A stretch of DNA of 64,000 nt from Lama glama (Eukaryota). The notes beneath the pieces are model-generated. The model was not told the DNA's origin. It saw only the letters and a program-made list of their open reading frames with translations, and searched no databases. The DNA lies in assembly GCA_028534125.1 (NCBI GenBank), contig CM052817.1:42162001-42226000 (forward strand), read 5' to 3'. This document shows, in pieces, positions 14,331-28,589 of this stretch. Made by a program: the position numbers and the translations under genes. Within the stretch, counting starts at the first letter, position 1; every line of letters begins with the position of its first letter.

Positions 14331-17300
14331 CTAATCCTATTATGAGAATGCTTTTGTAAGATGGGAAGAAAAATCAACGCAGAGTAAGGAGAGGAATAAA
14401 TATTTGGCTCTGAGTACACGCACCGCACACACACACACACACATACCCACACACAGTATAGTAAAAACGAAGAGAAGGTACATGTGGGGTAGGAACAGTA
14501 AAGCTTATAAGCGACTGTTACATTTATCCTTTATGTTTAAGTTAAAAAGAACCAGATTAAAAGAAACAATGCCAATTCGAGTAAGAAAGAAGAGAGATAA
14601 ATTTCCTAAATAATCTTTTGATGACTTCCCTAACACCTTTGTGGAGCAAGGGGGCATATCCACAGGGTTTACTGAGTACCTACAATGTGCAAGCTACTAA
14701 TTTCAATTATAAAATTACATAGGTATTATATTTAATAAAAGTACTTTAACTTATATTCTTTTACTTTGCTTTCATAGTTGCCCTGTAAAATAGAATAATA
14801 CTTGACATTTGGTTTTGCTAGGAGGTAAGGAATAGAGAAGGTAAAAAAAAAAAAAAAGAAATGATAGGAATTGCTTAAACATTAGTATCACTATGGAAGC
14901 AAGACAGAGATGATAATTTTGTAATAGGTACCTATTTTTATAACTCAGTGTGACAATTTGTTTATTAATTTTCAGTGAAAAGTACAACTGCCAAATGAAT
15001 TAAAATGCCGATATCACCTGGTTTGCACATTCTGTCCCCTGTGAAAAAATGTTTCCATGGAAATTCAAATTGGTTCGTAGAAAGGCAGTCAGAGCACAGT
15101 TATGGGCTGATTTTAATGGCTGATACCATCAAATTAGGACATATGATGTCCCCCAACACACTCTCAGGTGATATTTTTTGCCAAGCAACCAGAATGTCCA
15201 CATCAGCTGGCCAAGTCACCTTCATCTCTGGGTGGTGCTGAAGCCACGCTGACAGATCTGTGTTCTTTGACTTCGTGCAGACCATCTGGTGACACTTCTC
15301 TTCAACTATCTTTCAGTACAGTTGGTTAGGGTAAAGCCTTCTCTCACATAAAGCTGCATTCCAGCCATGCCTTCTTGATGAGTATTACATATTTTAAATG
15401 GCAATTGGAAAACTCAGTTTGTGCAGGGATTAAAAATGAGTATTGTATCCATATGGTTTCTGAGTATTCTTAAAAGTGCATTAAGAGAAAACCCAACAAG
15501 TAATTAAAAAGCACTCGAGTTCATTTTGACAAGACCGAAGCTAAAGATGATGATTGGATTAAACAAATATGGTATTAGAAGCATAGATGTTTGTATCAGA
15601 ATACAGAATGCGCTGCCTGTGATTCTCTTTATGCTATGTGTACATTTAAGATGCTATCAAACTCTTAATCACTACCCTTATGTTAGAAGCTTTGTTTGTC
15701 TTAGCTAGTGAAATGTCACTTCAACAAAACCAAAAGAATTTTTAAAAATACCCACATGCTTAGAGAGCAGAAAATAGCAAAATGTGGGAAAAAAGTCATC
15801 TTTGCAAGGAAAGGTCAGCAGAAACATATGGATCCCAAGTGAAATTAAAATAAGGTTTCTGTACAGACTAGATACTGTGGCAGATAACGGTGCCACAGGC
15901 CAGACAGAAGGTTCCCAAGGCCCCAGGCTGCTTTCTTACTTCTGCTCGGCTGAAGACTTTATCCAACATTATTTTGGTGATAACACTTGTTATACATTCT
16001 CTGGATCCTCAGATGCTAAATCATCCTGTAATAGACTTCATCCAGGAAACCTAAAGGCCAGCCATATTTCATCATTTTAAAGTTTCAGTGATTATAAAAC
16101 AGCCATCTGTACATGTCTGGAAGCATATTTTTATTTGGGTTATTATTTGATAATGTACATACAATCCAATCTTCAATCCTCTCTAATGTGCCTATTTAAA
16201 AAAAAAGTCTATAATAGGAAATTTTTAGTCATATATTTTTTGTTTATATTTTATCTAGTTGATATGTACATAGGACTTCTTGCATCTATATTACATAGAA
16301 AAAGAATCAGTAATTACACAGAATAACAAAGAATATGTTCACTGAAAATTATCTGACTATATTACCTCATTGAAAAAATTATTTTGACTGAGAGTTGAAG
16401 ACCATATTTAACCATCCTATATAGAAAGCCCTCCTGGAACTTTCCATCTAAAACACACATTTTTATTCCTATTTAATATTAATTATTACTTATCAGTATT
16501 TACTTAGTAGGTGCTTTTATCACCAATCAGATTCAAAGTAGACTGAGAGAGAGTTAGATGCTACAAAAGTAGCTTTGAAACTCAGCCCTAGCTGGCACTC
16601 CCTCTCCCTGACTACAGACCTTTGGGACTACATGGTTAAACCACCTGCAACAGATGCCTGGCATTCTGCCATCAATATTTATTTTTTGAGATTAATGCAA
16701 ATATGCAAATATGCAAATACTGTTGGTCAGCTTGTATTTTCTACAATATTATGTAGAAAATACATAAATATTTTCTAGTGATGCATATATATTAGTGTGA
16801 ATTTCATTATCAGATTGTCTTGTCTTTATGAAGAAAGCTCAAAGAACTTGTTTGTTTAGAGCAAGAATTGCAGGAATGGGTACTTTAATGGGAGCAAGTG
16901 AGGGAGTAGTTGCGATGGAGCATGGTAGAAATGGAGGTGGGATGGAAGTTAGCAGAGGTTTGGAGAATACTGTTTGGGGGTGAGCCATACCAGTCAGGTT
17001 CCCAGCAGGAAACAGATGAAAAACATTCACATTGGATGGTCTCATGGAGAGATGATTTATAAAGGATGAGGTAGGAATAGGTCAGGAAGGAGCAGATTCT
17101 AGAGCTGTGTAGAGAGGGTTGCCTGACAGAAGCTGTGCCTGTTGATGACAAGGCCCTGCCAAGACATAGTAGAAAGAAAACAGCACAGTGTCCATCAAAA
17201 GACTTGAAATTAAGTCTCTGTTCTGCAGTGGACCAGATAAGTATTGACTCTCTGTGCCTTAATTTTCTCAACCAGAAGATGTAATACCTTTTTCAGAAAT

Positions 17301-17562
17301 TTCTTTGTTATATGATATCATTTATATAAAAGTTCCAAATACAGAGCCCTACAGAGAAGGAAGGTTAAAGAAATGAATGTTTAATCTCAAGGATGCAAAA
17401 ATTAAAGGCACAGTTAAAAGGAAAGGAAAACCTTTACCTGAGACAGGCCTTCAGGTTAATACATGGAAGGTGATTCATCTATATGCATGTGCTCACTGAC
17501 AACTGTTTGAGAGATATATGTGTATAAATGTGGGATCAATAAGTCAGCAAGTTAGAAATAAT

Positions 17563-18400
17563 AGCTCACAAAGGATAAATGATGGAGAGGGTGTGGAGAA
17601 AAGGGAACCCTCCTACACTGCTGGTAGGAATGTAGCTTGGTGCAGCCATTATGGAAAATGGCATGGAGATTTCTCAAAAAACTAAAAATAGACTTACCAT
17701 ATGATCCAGCAATCCCACTCCTGGGCATATGTCCAGAGAGAACTCTAATTTGAAAAGATACGTGCACCGCAGTGTTCATAGCAGCACTATTTACAATAGC
17801 CAAGACATGGAAGCAACCTAAATGTCTATCTACAGATGACTGGATAAAGAAGTTGTGGTATGTTTATACAATGGAATACTACTCAGTGATATAAAAGAAT
17901 AAAATAATGTGGTATATTTATACAATGAATACTACTCAGTGATAAAAAAAAAACAGTAAAATCCAGCAACATGGATAGACCTGGGGATTGTCATTCTAAG
18001 TTAAGTAAGCCAGAAAGAGAAAGAAAAATACCATAAGATAAAACTCATATGTGGGATCTAAAAAAAAAAGAAAAGAAAAGAAAAAAAGAGGACACTACAA
18101 AACAGAAATAGATATGCAGACATAGTAAACAATCTTATAGTTACATGGGAAAGGGGGTGGAAGGGCTAAATTTGGGAGTTTGAGATTTTGCAAATGTTAA
18201 CCACTATATATAAACCTAGATAAAAACAAATTTCTTCTGTATAGCACAGGGAACTATATTCAATATCTTGTAATAACTTACAATGTAAAAGAATATGAAA
18301 ATGAATATATGTATATATATGCATGACTGGAACATTATGCTGTATACCAGAAATTGACACATTGTAACTGACTATATACACTTTAATTTAAAAAAAAAGG
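17563..18400 (+). mobile_element. 5'-truncated L1 (end of ORF2 plus 3' UTR)
   Basis: 'ggagagggtgtggagaaaagggaaccctcctacactg...gatccagcaatcccactcctgggcatat' and A tail. TSD AGTTAGAAAT at 17550 and 18404. Confidence 0.92.
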
Positions 18401-20060
18401 AAGAGTTAGAAATTATGTAGAAAGAGGTGGATGGACAGAAAGGGAAAGGGAAAATATCAAAAATAGCCAAAACTTTTTCCTGAATCATTAGAATAAAGAA
18501 TATTAAATATATAATTTTGCTAGTGGAGGTCGGACTTAAAGAGAGAGCCAGTAATGCAGGCACAATCACAGAGTTTGTCCCCTCAGACACGGGAAATGCA
18601 ACAGCTCATAGCTTTTAGCAAAAGGGTGTAAACATTTTGTCATATTTCTTCAGAAATTTATTTCATACTCACATACACATTTTTAATGTACATTGTTAAA
18701 CTTTCTTAGTAAGCCACAGCAAGGAGACTTAGAAACATTATATTTTTCCTGGTTTCCCCATGGAACTCAGCTTTCCGTTTAAATCCCACTGTATAGTAAT
18801 GTATGAAGAATGTCAATGCACTTTACCTCTTACAAGACACTCTTGTACAAAAAATGACTAGTTAAAAGGGATGATACACTTCTTAACGTCTGCATCAGGG
18901 AAAAGAGAAATTATGTGATTGATCTCATGAGTCTGGTACTGCGTTGTGATACCATCTAACACGAATGCAGTTTAAAATTCTATGTGAAGTCCCTCTGTTT
19001 TGACTGTCAATTCAGGGTGGAAAACCATTTTGTTAGAAGTGTCAAGGATATGATGAATGGTGAAGATACCAACTTTGTTAGCTTATTTTTTTGACTGCCA
19101 CATGATTCTTCTTGTACTGTATCATGTATGAACAAAAAAGACATTAATTCAAAGACTAGAAATTCAATGAGTTTTAAACTAATCACCTCAAGGTGCCATG
19201 AATTTATCTGCAATACCCTTTACATACTGATGTCTGTGCCTACTCGGGATCCCTTGGTTTATATTCAGAATTTGTGCCACAGAAGGGAAATCGTTAATGA
19301 ATGTCTTTAAAATGCAAATTTGTCAAGGTCAGAGTTTCAAAAACAGAAGCTTGTTGGTTGAACCATGCACTGCATTTTATTTCTCCTTAATAGTTGGTTA
19401 GATTATCAATCAAAATGTTGACTGTAATTGTTTAAAAATTAATTTATAAAACTCATTTTCAGCCTTTTCTTTGTCAAATTGAGCTGCATGTGAGAGAAAA
19501 CTATTTTGGGCAGAAAAGAGATGGGTATATGATTGGTATAAACTATACAGCTGTTGCACGCTGTGGAACCAAAATGTCCCAAAGAATTTGGGTGTAAGAA
19601 GAATTTTAGTAAAGTGAATCTTGCTCCCTTGATGAGTCTCTTTATAAAACAGGAGCTACCCTTCTTGTGGAGGACACTTTTTAAGGTATCCACCTAATAT
19701 GCCATCTCTAGGAGGTGTACTCTCACCACCAGGGTGGGGCCCTGTCTGCCATATGTGGATTAGATGTTCCTGCCTCTGAACTTGAGTTTCAATCAAGGGT
19801 GGACGCCTGATCCTAACTAGATCATTACAACAAAATTTTCCTTTCTAAAAATTTGAAATTGGAACCTGGACCTTCCAGATTAGACTCTAATCCCATCCAT
19901 AGATCCCGTTACAGTCCTCTCTGGAGTTTCTATGAGATACTCTGTAGCTATTAGTATTTCTTTTTGTCTTTATCTAGTTCACATTGTTATCTGTTCCTTT
20001 AACCAAATTTACTTCTTCTTTGGGGGGAACCCTATGGATTGAATTGAAGACTTTGGTTTA

Positions 20061-20712
20061 TTTTCTTTTTCTTTTTTAAATTGAAGTGTAGTCAGTTTAC
20101 AATGCTGTGTCAATTTCTGGTGTACAGCATAATGTTTCAGTCATACATATACATGAAAATATTTGTTTTCATATTCTTTTTCATTATAGTTACTACAAAA
20201 TATTGAATATAGTTCCCTGCACTATGCAGAATAAACTTGTTTATCTATTTTATATATAGTAGTTAATATTTGCAAATCTCAAACTCCCAATTTGTCCCTT
20301 CCCACCCCCCTTTACCTTGGTAACTATAAATTTGTTTACTATGTCTGTTTCTGTTTTGTCGATAAGTTCATTAGTGTCTTTTTTTCTTTTTCTAGATTCC
20401 ACATATGAGTGATTTCATATGGTATTTTTCTTTCTCTTTCTGGCTTACTTCTCTTAGAATGATGATCGCCAGGTTCATCCATGTAGCTGCAAATGTCATT
20501 ATTTTATTCTCTTTTTAAGGTCTGAGTAATATTCCATTGTATAAATATACCACAGCTTCTTTATCCAGTCATCTGTCAATAGATAATAAGGTTGTTTCCA
20601 TGTCTTGGCTATTGCAGATAGTGCTGCTATGAATATTGGGGTGCATGTATCTTTTGAATTAGAGTTCCCTCTGGATATATGCCCAGGAGTGGGAATGCTG
20701 GATCACATGGTA
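20061..20712 (-). mobile_element. 5'-truncated L1, same family as 17563-18400, opposite strand
   Basis: Reverse-complement match to the upstream copy. TSD GACTTTGGTTTA at about 20049 and about 20716. Confidence 0.92.
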
Positions 20713-21237
20713 AAGGACTTTGGTTTAGAAATGACAGGCTTACTGTCTACTGTTGAGATCTTCTGCAACCCTATTCTAACAATGAGATTTCCCTTGTGCT
20801 GTTTCCTCTGAGCCTTCTCACTCACAGTCTTCTGCACAGCTTCCCAGTCTCCAGTTTTTTTCCGGGCAGAGCTTACTTTCTGATTTACATGTATTTCTCT
20901 GAGGCACAGAAATTCCTTTACCTTCTCACTTTTAAAAGTGTCATTCTTCTGATTCTACCATTAACTCTACAGTTTTTAATCAACCTACGCATTAATATTT
21001 CATTGAAAACATGATAAAAAAACAATAAAAGAATACCAAACTTTACCAATTTTGAAAATAATTTTAAGTGTTCTCAGTCCCTCAGTGTCATTCCTCTCTA
21101 ATTTGTCCTGCTACAGCAACCCAATTATTCTTCTAAAAGCAACTCTCTGTTCAAACTTTTCTGATGTTTAAAATGTATTAATGTCTCTACTTTGTTTACA
21201 CAAAAGTGTTCATACACTAAAAGGGTTTTATCTGAGG

Positions 21238-21432
21238 CAGAAGTTGGCAAACTTTTTCATTAAATTTCAGAGAGTTAATTTTTTAGGCTTGTGGGCCAGG
21301 TGGTTTCTGTCTCAACTACTCAACTCTGCTATTATAGCACAAAAGTAGCCACAGACAATATGTAAGCAAAAGGGCATGACTGTGTCTAATAAAACTTTAT
21401 TTACAAAAACAGACGATGGACAGGATTGACCT
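21238..21432. mobile_element. MER58A-like hAT-Charlie DNA transposon relic
   Basis: 'gttggcaaactttt...ctcaactactcaactctgc...aataaaactttatttacaaaaacag'. Confidence 0.8.
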
Positions 21433-23220
21433 AAAGCTTTCTACATATTGCACCTTACCCACTTCTGTCAGCTTTACTTTCTACTCTATCCCTTCATACA
21501 TTCAGGTCTCCACTGACATTATTATTATTACTTTTCTATGCCTAAACACTACTCACTTGGATGCAGGCTGGAGTGGGGCACAGGGAGACTGTCATTTCTC
21601 TATGCACATTTTTCCATAAGAATGTGCCTTAACATTAACTTTAAGGTATTGTGTAGTCATACTGCTTGTTATGAGTCAGATGACATATTCTGGAGAAAGC
21701 ATAATAAAATACATGATTAAAACACAATACTAATCCTATGAAACAGATAAAGGAGGTATTCAAAGGTTGTGCCTTTAAAAATATGCTTGCTCTTCTACCC
21801 ATCTTAATTAATGCCATTTTTCACCATCCCCACCTTCAGCTAGAAGCTGGTTACGCCTTGTCTCTCTGCAGAGTTTTCTTCCCTTCATCTGGGCTAATCT
21901 TAAAAGCACTACCCATTTTTCAAAATGCAGATTAAAGGCTCTGTCCTTTATCGATCCTGATCTTTCCAGCTATGAGTAATTTGTCACTCTTCAGAATTCC
22001 TATTACACTCCACCTCATCATTTTAATTTTGGTATTATGGTTATTTAATTATCTTGATTCAATAACTAGAATATCTAACTCAAGTATCCTCTTAATAGAC
22101 TCTGTCTTCCAAAGAGCATAGATCAGTGCTTTGCAGAGAGTAGGCGCTAAACATTTGTTTGATTAATAAATTTTAAAAATTTATAAAAATAAATGTCTTC
22201 AAATTGAGCTTCCCTTTATTTGATGAAGAAGTGTTAACTCTGTATAAAGATCAGGGTCAAAAGCAAACCTCTGGTTTACTAAACTTGAAAAATATCCTCA
22301 GGCATTTGTGGTCCAGTGTGGGTGAACTCAAGTTGGCATTTTTGCTAGCCAAATTTGCTACATATGAAACCCATTGGCCATTTGGGGATTGACAACTTTC
22401 CTACTGCTCCTTTCAAAGAACTTCCCAAGAAAACTGGGATAGATAATCTATGTGCCATATGTGCTGTTAAAATAAAGTTGGATATGCACTAATCAAGCGG
22501 TTTCCATGAGAAACGCAAGGGCTCCAAAATATGAAAAATCTTTTAAATGGTAGTACTTATGGTAGGCACTCCAAATAGAAAAATTTCAAACTTTTTTATC
22601 TTAAAAAATAGTTTATAGCAAAGCTTAAATATCTTGGAGCAGAAACAATGTGGCTGTTTAAAATGTTATATAAACAAGTTTCAAAGAAGCGAAAAATAAA
22701 GTTTCTTTTTCATGTTGCCTACAAAGTCTTTAAATATAATATTTAGCTTAAAAGAGAGGTTTTTTTTTTTCTTTTTGAAAATGGTGGAGACATAGGTATA
22801 GAGAGCCCTCCTCCTACAGGGCAAAGGGACAAAGATAACCAAACTGGAATCCCCTCAGCTGAACAGACAGGCTAAGAACATCGTCATTTAGGATAATCTA
22901 GTCCTTTTTATTTGTTTCTTTTGAGGAAGGTGTCATTCTTAGCTGTAACTTGTTTTGTCTCCCTTCTGAGTTGACTGCTTCTATCTACAATCACTCTCAT
23001 TCTTTGATTTTTTTAATTTAAAATTCCTATTTCTGTGTTCTTAGGCAAACTAAAAAGATTTCTACGTGTCTTATGATATCCTGAAAGTGTATGGGATCTC
23101 TTATTTTCTTTCAATTTTTCATTATGTAAAAATCTATTGATTTGCTTTCTGTGAAGTTTACTTTTCTCATTGAATGGAAGGTTCTTTAAATTTATAGTAA
23201 TTTACAATTTTCAATTTTCT

Positions 23221-23465
23221 GCTAAATGAAATAAGTCAGACAGAGAAAGATAAATACTACACGATATCATTTGTATGTTGAATCTAAAAAATACAACAAA
23301 CTGGTGAATAAAACAAAAGAAGCAGACTCACAGAGAACAAACTAGTGGTTGCCAGCGGGGAGAAGGAACGGGGATGGGGATATAGGGGTAGATGATTTTA
23401 AAAAAGGGTTATTATGGGATTATATGAAATCATGTGTGTGAAACTTTTGAAAATTTAAAGCATTT
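23221..23465 (+). mobile_element. L1 3' fragment (cetartiodactyl L1_Art-like)
   Basis: 'gctaaatgaaataagtcagacagagaaagataaatact...aaaagggttattatgggattatatgaaatcatgtgtgtgaaacttttgaaaat'. Confidence 0.75.
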
Positions 23466-23689
23466 TTGAACTCCCTTCTTTTTTTTTTTTAATCTAATTT
23501 CCCTTCTTTCTTCAGAATATCTGAGTTTACCAAGGAGAGGAATACTATCAAATGAATGCTATGGATAATTTAAAAATTCAGTTTCTTATCTCTTTTCTTC
23601 CATTTATAACCTTTTATCATAATTAAAAATGCCAGCAAAATGACTAATGTAAGGTTTACAGAGATTAGAGAAGGTTAGGACTTGTCAAT

Positions 23690-24165
23690 GTCTTTGAAAA
23701 CAGAATCTGGTCTAGCTACTCCAAATGAAAGGCATTTATTCAGGAGTATAAGTAGCTCACAGAGTCATCGGGATTGCTGAAGAAGGAAGGTGAAGGCTGA
23801 AAATTCAGGAGCAATTCCTCAAGTACATTCCATCACTGGGCTTCAAGGGAGCTGCCCGCTCTGCTGACATTAGAGGGGGTGAGCCCCAAAGCCACCTCTG
23901 AGCCCCAGGTGCTGCCTCCTGCACACAGCCTCTGTCACGCCCACCCTGCGCCAGCAAAAGGACAACGCAAGCTCTGCCTCTCTCCTCATGCACCTCAGTT
24001 CTCATTCGAAGTACGGCATGAGCATATATGGGTGGATTCTAAACCATGAGGAAAACCTGTAAGGGAGTTTAGGAAATGTCCATTTTAAGCTTTTTCTAGC
24101 TTGTAGAAAGGCATGCTGGAGGGGGGCTGGGTCAGTGTTGAGTGAGTTGATTCACTGTCCACCAT
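23690..24165 (-). mobile_element. Old MLT1-type MaLR LTR (degenerate)
   Basis: 'cagaatctggtctagctact...atttattcaggagtataagtagctcacaga' resembles an MLT1 LTR end. Confidence 0.45.
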
Positions 24166-25759
24166 TTCAGGCAACTTTTTATTTTCCATCCTCTTTGATT
24201 CCCATCACTTCTCCCACTGAGATAAACAGCAAAATGACTAGAATTTGAAAACTGTTTTATGAATTAAGTTGTGTTAAGATGCATCAAGGACCTGTGAGAA
24301 GAATAACTATTTTCCCATTTCGTCATTTGTAACTTCTCTGGTGGTGAGAAGTGTGTTATCTATGTTTATTTAATTTATCTATCCCTCTATACATAACCAC
24401 TTTCTCATCACCATAGTTACCCTCCACCAAATCTGATACCCCTGTCCTGCAGGAGTTCTGACACTGTCACCACCTGCCGCCCCCTACTGAGACATTGACA
24501 CTGTACTTGGTTGCTACCCTGTGTGCGTGCTTTTTATAACCCACCTGGGCTCTGATACCCAATGGGAGGGTGGCTCCTGAAAAAAAAAAAAATCCTCCAT
24601 TTGTTACTTGGGTTTCAGTAACCCGTGCCAGGTTCTCCCGTGCTGAAACTTCCGTTGTCCTGCTTGGGTTCAGCCCCACACCAGGCTGGCTCTTTGTGCA
24701 GAATTCCTTTTCACACTGCTTGGGCTGGGCTCTGAGACCCTGCACCAGGCTGCCTCACCCTCTACTTGCCCCTTACCTGCTCCAACATTCTGGATAGCTT
24801 GTCTTCCAGTGTAGAATTTCTTGCCCTGTTCATGCTCTGACACCCTGCACTGGGGTGACCTCCCTGCACGGAAGTCTGTGTTTAAGTTCCAACAACTTTA
24901 TGATGGGCTTCCTTCCCTGCCCAGAAGTCTTCACAGGTATCCTTCTTACCTGGCTGGTTCTTTGACTCCTCATCCTGGGCCACTGTCCCCACCATGTGGA
25001 AATCTCCCTCACTTTTTTTGGCTCAGTATTCTACTCCAGGCTGCCCCTCCCTGCATGGGGGGACACTCCCCTCACTTCAGTTGGCCTCTGACACCCTGCC
25101 CTGGACTACTATAGCTCCTCTCGACCGTAACACATTGGCTTGGCCCCACCTAACGGCTTTTGACCTGGATTGTTCAGTAACAGAATGGAAGGGAAGAGAA
25201 AGAGGAGACAGAATTTGATATCTGGAATGTGGTGTCAGGGACATGGGGGTACAAAATGAGGTAAGCCCTAAAGGTGTAACTGTGTATATGAGGGACACAG
25301 GGACTATCGTGGTTTCTCTGGAGCACTGAGTACGTGCTTAACTTGTTAGAGGTGAGGACAAAGAGCTAATCTGTGATACTACTGTGGAGGGCCTTAAGTT
25401 GTTAGGAAGTGATATCTCATTGGCAGTTACTAGGTGGGTGATTAGTATGACTGGTTTTGCACTTCAGGAACATACATCACATTGAAGTGTGTAGGAAGTA
25501 AGAGCAGACAGAACAGTATTAGACTAAGTTCACTAAGAATTGAGAAACTGGCCTGGACCAGGTTTGCTATCAAGGGCATGAGACGAAGGGATGCTGTTAC
25601 GGGACGCTTCATTCCAGGAGCCAATCCGAGCCTGCAGTCGTTTGTGAAGGTCTGACGTTGCACGTAAGACTTTCATCAAACAAGCTGCCAGGTGGTTAGC
25701 TTTTTGTGGATGTTGTGGTTGCAGAATCATAGAGAGATTCCTCCCACAGCCAGTGTGAC

Positions 25760-26110
25760 TGCTGGCAGCTCATAGCTGAGTTCCTCCTATACTTGCCCTA
25801 AGACAGAGGAAGCTGCCTTGCTCAAGGTTATACTTCCCTTGAGGGGACAGCCCACATTGAATGGCTAGTCCACGGGGAGACAAAAACCCTGATCCCATTG
25901 CCTCATTCAATTCAGGACAACTGCGTGAGGCCATTCCAGCTCCAGGGCTACCCCCGGGGTGGCTGAGGCTTCCTTGCAACTGTGTCACGGTTCAGCTTTC
26001 CCTCTGACCGTTTTTTGCTTCCTTTACTCCTTGTAGGCTTTGCTGCTTGAGACCCACTATATCTCCTGGAGGCAAATCTCAGAGTCTCAGGTCTGTTTCT
26101 AGAATTTAAA
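25760..26110 (+). mobile_element. ERVL LTR16-like LTR (possible ERVL internal remnants at 24430-25750)
   Basis: 'gctgccttgctcaaggtta...caggacaact...ggccattccagctccagggct...ggctgaggc...gcaaatctcagagtctc' matches my recollection of the LTR16-class consensus. Confidence 0.6.
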
Positions 26111-27297
26111 ACACATTCATCCCAAATGCAGATGTTGGTAATCTTTCTGTCATTGGTTGGCATCCCCTATTGTCATAGATAGAGGTATTAATTTAGAAGT
26201 AATTGCACCCTCCAGAAGCATTCTGTTCACTCTCAGGAACTAGTTCAGACATTGGGGAAGTCTAGTTCTCTAATAACTACACTGATAAAAGTTTAAACAA
26301 GCTTTGTCACCTGTAGGTAGATTTATTTTCTTCCTCTAAGTCCCGGAAGTTATCATATAATGAATCACTCCACGTGTAATGTGAATATGAATCACATCCG
26401 GGAGAGTCATGCTTGTCATTGTGGATGTCATACAAAGTTATCTACTTGTAAATACTATAGATTATATGATTTTTTACTCATAAAGGATACATTTATTTTT
26501 ATTTCCCTGTGTTTATTATTGTTGCTCATTTGCCTCTTTTGTTTGTTTTTTGTTGGGGTCAGGGGAGACAGAAATAAACTAATGGAAGTGTATTGGAAAG
26601 GTGCACTCCTGAGAGTAGGGGATATAAGTTTTATGCTTAGAAAATTACCAGATACATAGTAGGAATCAATAAATGTTTGTTAAATAAAAATCAGTAAATA
26701 AATACTTAAGTAAAATTTAACAAAAGTCTGCAGGAGCTCTGTGGGTGTAAGAAATGGTCAATGATAGAGGGGCTGGTGAACACTTTTAATCATCAGGAGT
26801 CAATCTCAAGCTATTCTAACTACATTAAACTGGGTTTAAAATGTTTTGGATTTATTAGCATATTTTATATAATAAGGTGATAAATTCTAATGTTGAATTA
26901 GAAGTTTAGTTTGATACAAAGAATAACTTTCAAAGAGTAGGGACTTGCATGGATTATGAAGCCAAATATTTCAGCAGAAATGCAGATAATTTGATAAAAG
27001 AGAAATAGTCTAGATTTATTTATGTAAATACTTCAGTCCAACCAACCCCCTCTACTTAAAAATCTGCATTCCTTATTACATCCTTGATTTAAAATAGAAA
27101 GTTAAACAGTGTCCCAGCATGGTACAAAAATCAGTTTGAAGCCTTACCTGGCCAGTGTCCCGCTGACACGGTGCCCGAGCCCTCTCACCTCAGAGAGGGG
27201 CAGAGAAAGCTTTGCTGTTGTTACTGCTCCTTCTTCATGGCTTGGTGAGATCCCCAGTCTGCTCTTGCTTTCACTTTCCCTCACTGTTGCTTGGAAA

Positions 27298-27418
27298 TAG
27301 AGTGACCAAGAGCCTCCTTTAGGGACTGTTCCAGGGACTGACTCATTTTAGCACTGAAAGTCCCATGTCCCTGGACACTGCTCAGTCTGGGACAAATCGA
27401 GACAGTTGGTTGCCCCAG
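27298..27418. mobile_element. MER81-like hAT-Blackjack MITE
   Basis: Degenerate terminal inverted repeats TAGAGTGACCAA ... TTGGTTGCCCCA around 'gggactg...cattttagcactgaaagtccc'. Confidence 0.65.
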
Positions 27419-28589
27419 TAATTGATGACCTTCTCACTAATTTATATTAGATGAACGTGATTTGATTAATTATGGGTCTGTGTTAGGTGAGGCCACATCC
27501 CTGCTTTGCTGTAGATCTTATGTGAGCAAATGAGTGAAATGATAAAAGTTCTGGAACTGGGGTGAAATAATTGCCCAAACAAACAAATAAACAAAAGACA
27601 GGTAATACACCTTAGTATGTCAGTCACCAGGTGACCCTGGTCAGGAGAGCTAAATGAGAGAATTCTAGGAGGGCCTAGGAATTTTCAGAAAGAACAAGTT
27701 TTAAGTCTAAAGTATTTTGCTTTAGTTTGGGCCTAGGACAAGATGGATTCTTGGACAGGTTTGTGAAGTCCCAGAAGTTGAGTCACGAAGCTTGGGGAAA
27801 AGGAAGCCAATGAATGTGATTTTAAAATACTTCATCATGAGGGTAGAGTCCATGGATAGCATTGTGGCTCATATTTCTTTACCTTCTGTTCCCCCCTAAC
27901 TTAAAACCAGTTGCCATTGCTTTTTGGCAGATTTTTCCCCCAGATTTTATATTCATGTACTGATGTGGTATCAATTGCTAAAGGTATATGCTATCTTGGA
28001 TTCTGTCTTGATTAAAACTGAAGTTGAAAATGGAGACCAGTTTTAACCAACGTTTTAAAACTTTGGAAAAAACCTTTAACAAGCTGTTAATACAGGTTTC
28101 CTGAGAATATAAGACTGATTCAGTTTTGCTGTCAGAAGTCAAGGAGATTAAAGTGTCCACAGTTGGGCCCAAATTTGAAATGAGAGGTAGTAACATATCT
28201 CTGGAGACCTGATAGCTATAGAGGAATCAGAGTTTCAGAACCTTAAGAAAAAACGAGACCAAGGAAGACGGAATTAGGATGTTTATAATATGGCCATCCC
28301 TCTCACTGAAACATTTTATAGAGCTGATTTACTTGAAATCAATGGAGAATTCTGTTTCTTTCTAACAAAAGCATAGTTACTTTCCACTCAATCAGCCACT
28401 TGCCCCATGAGTACCCTCCCTACTCTATCAGGTAAGAAGCAGTGGATTCAGCAGATGATAGTAGAATTTCCATTTCTAAGTGGCAGACATTGCCAAACTG
28501 GGGATCCACCTGTATTTATTGACGCTCTCCTCCATTCATAGCTCTCATTTTAGCCGCTACAGGGATGGTCTAAGGTACCATTTTATTGT

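Noticed and set aside
17552..17803. 83-aa ORF, and the similar ORF at 20605-20811
   Set aside because: Antisense translation of the L1 ORF2 end, a well-known source of spurious ORFs.
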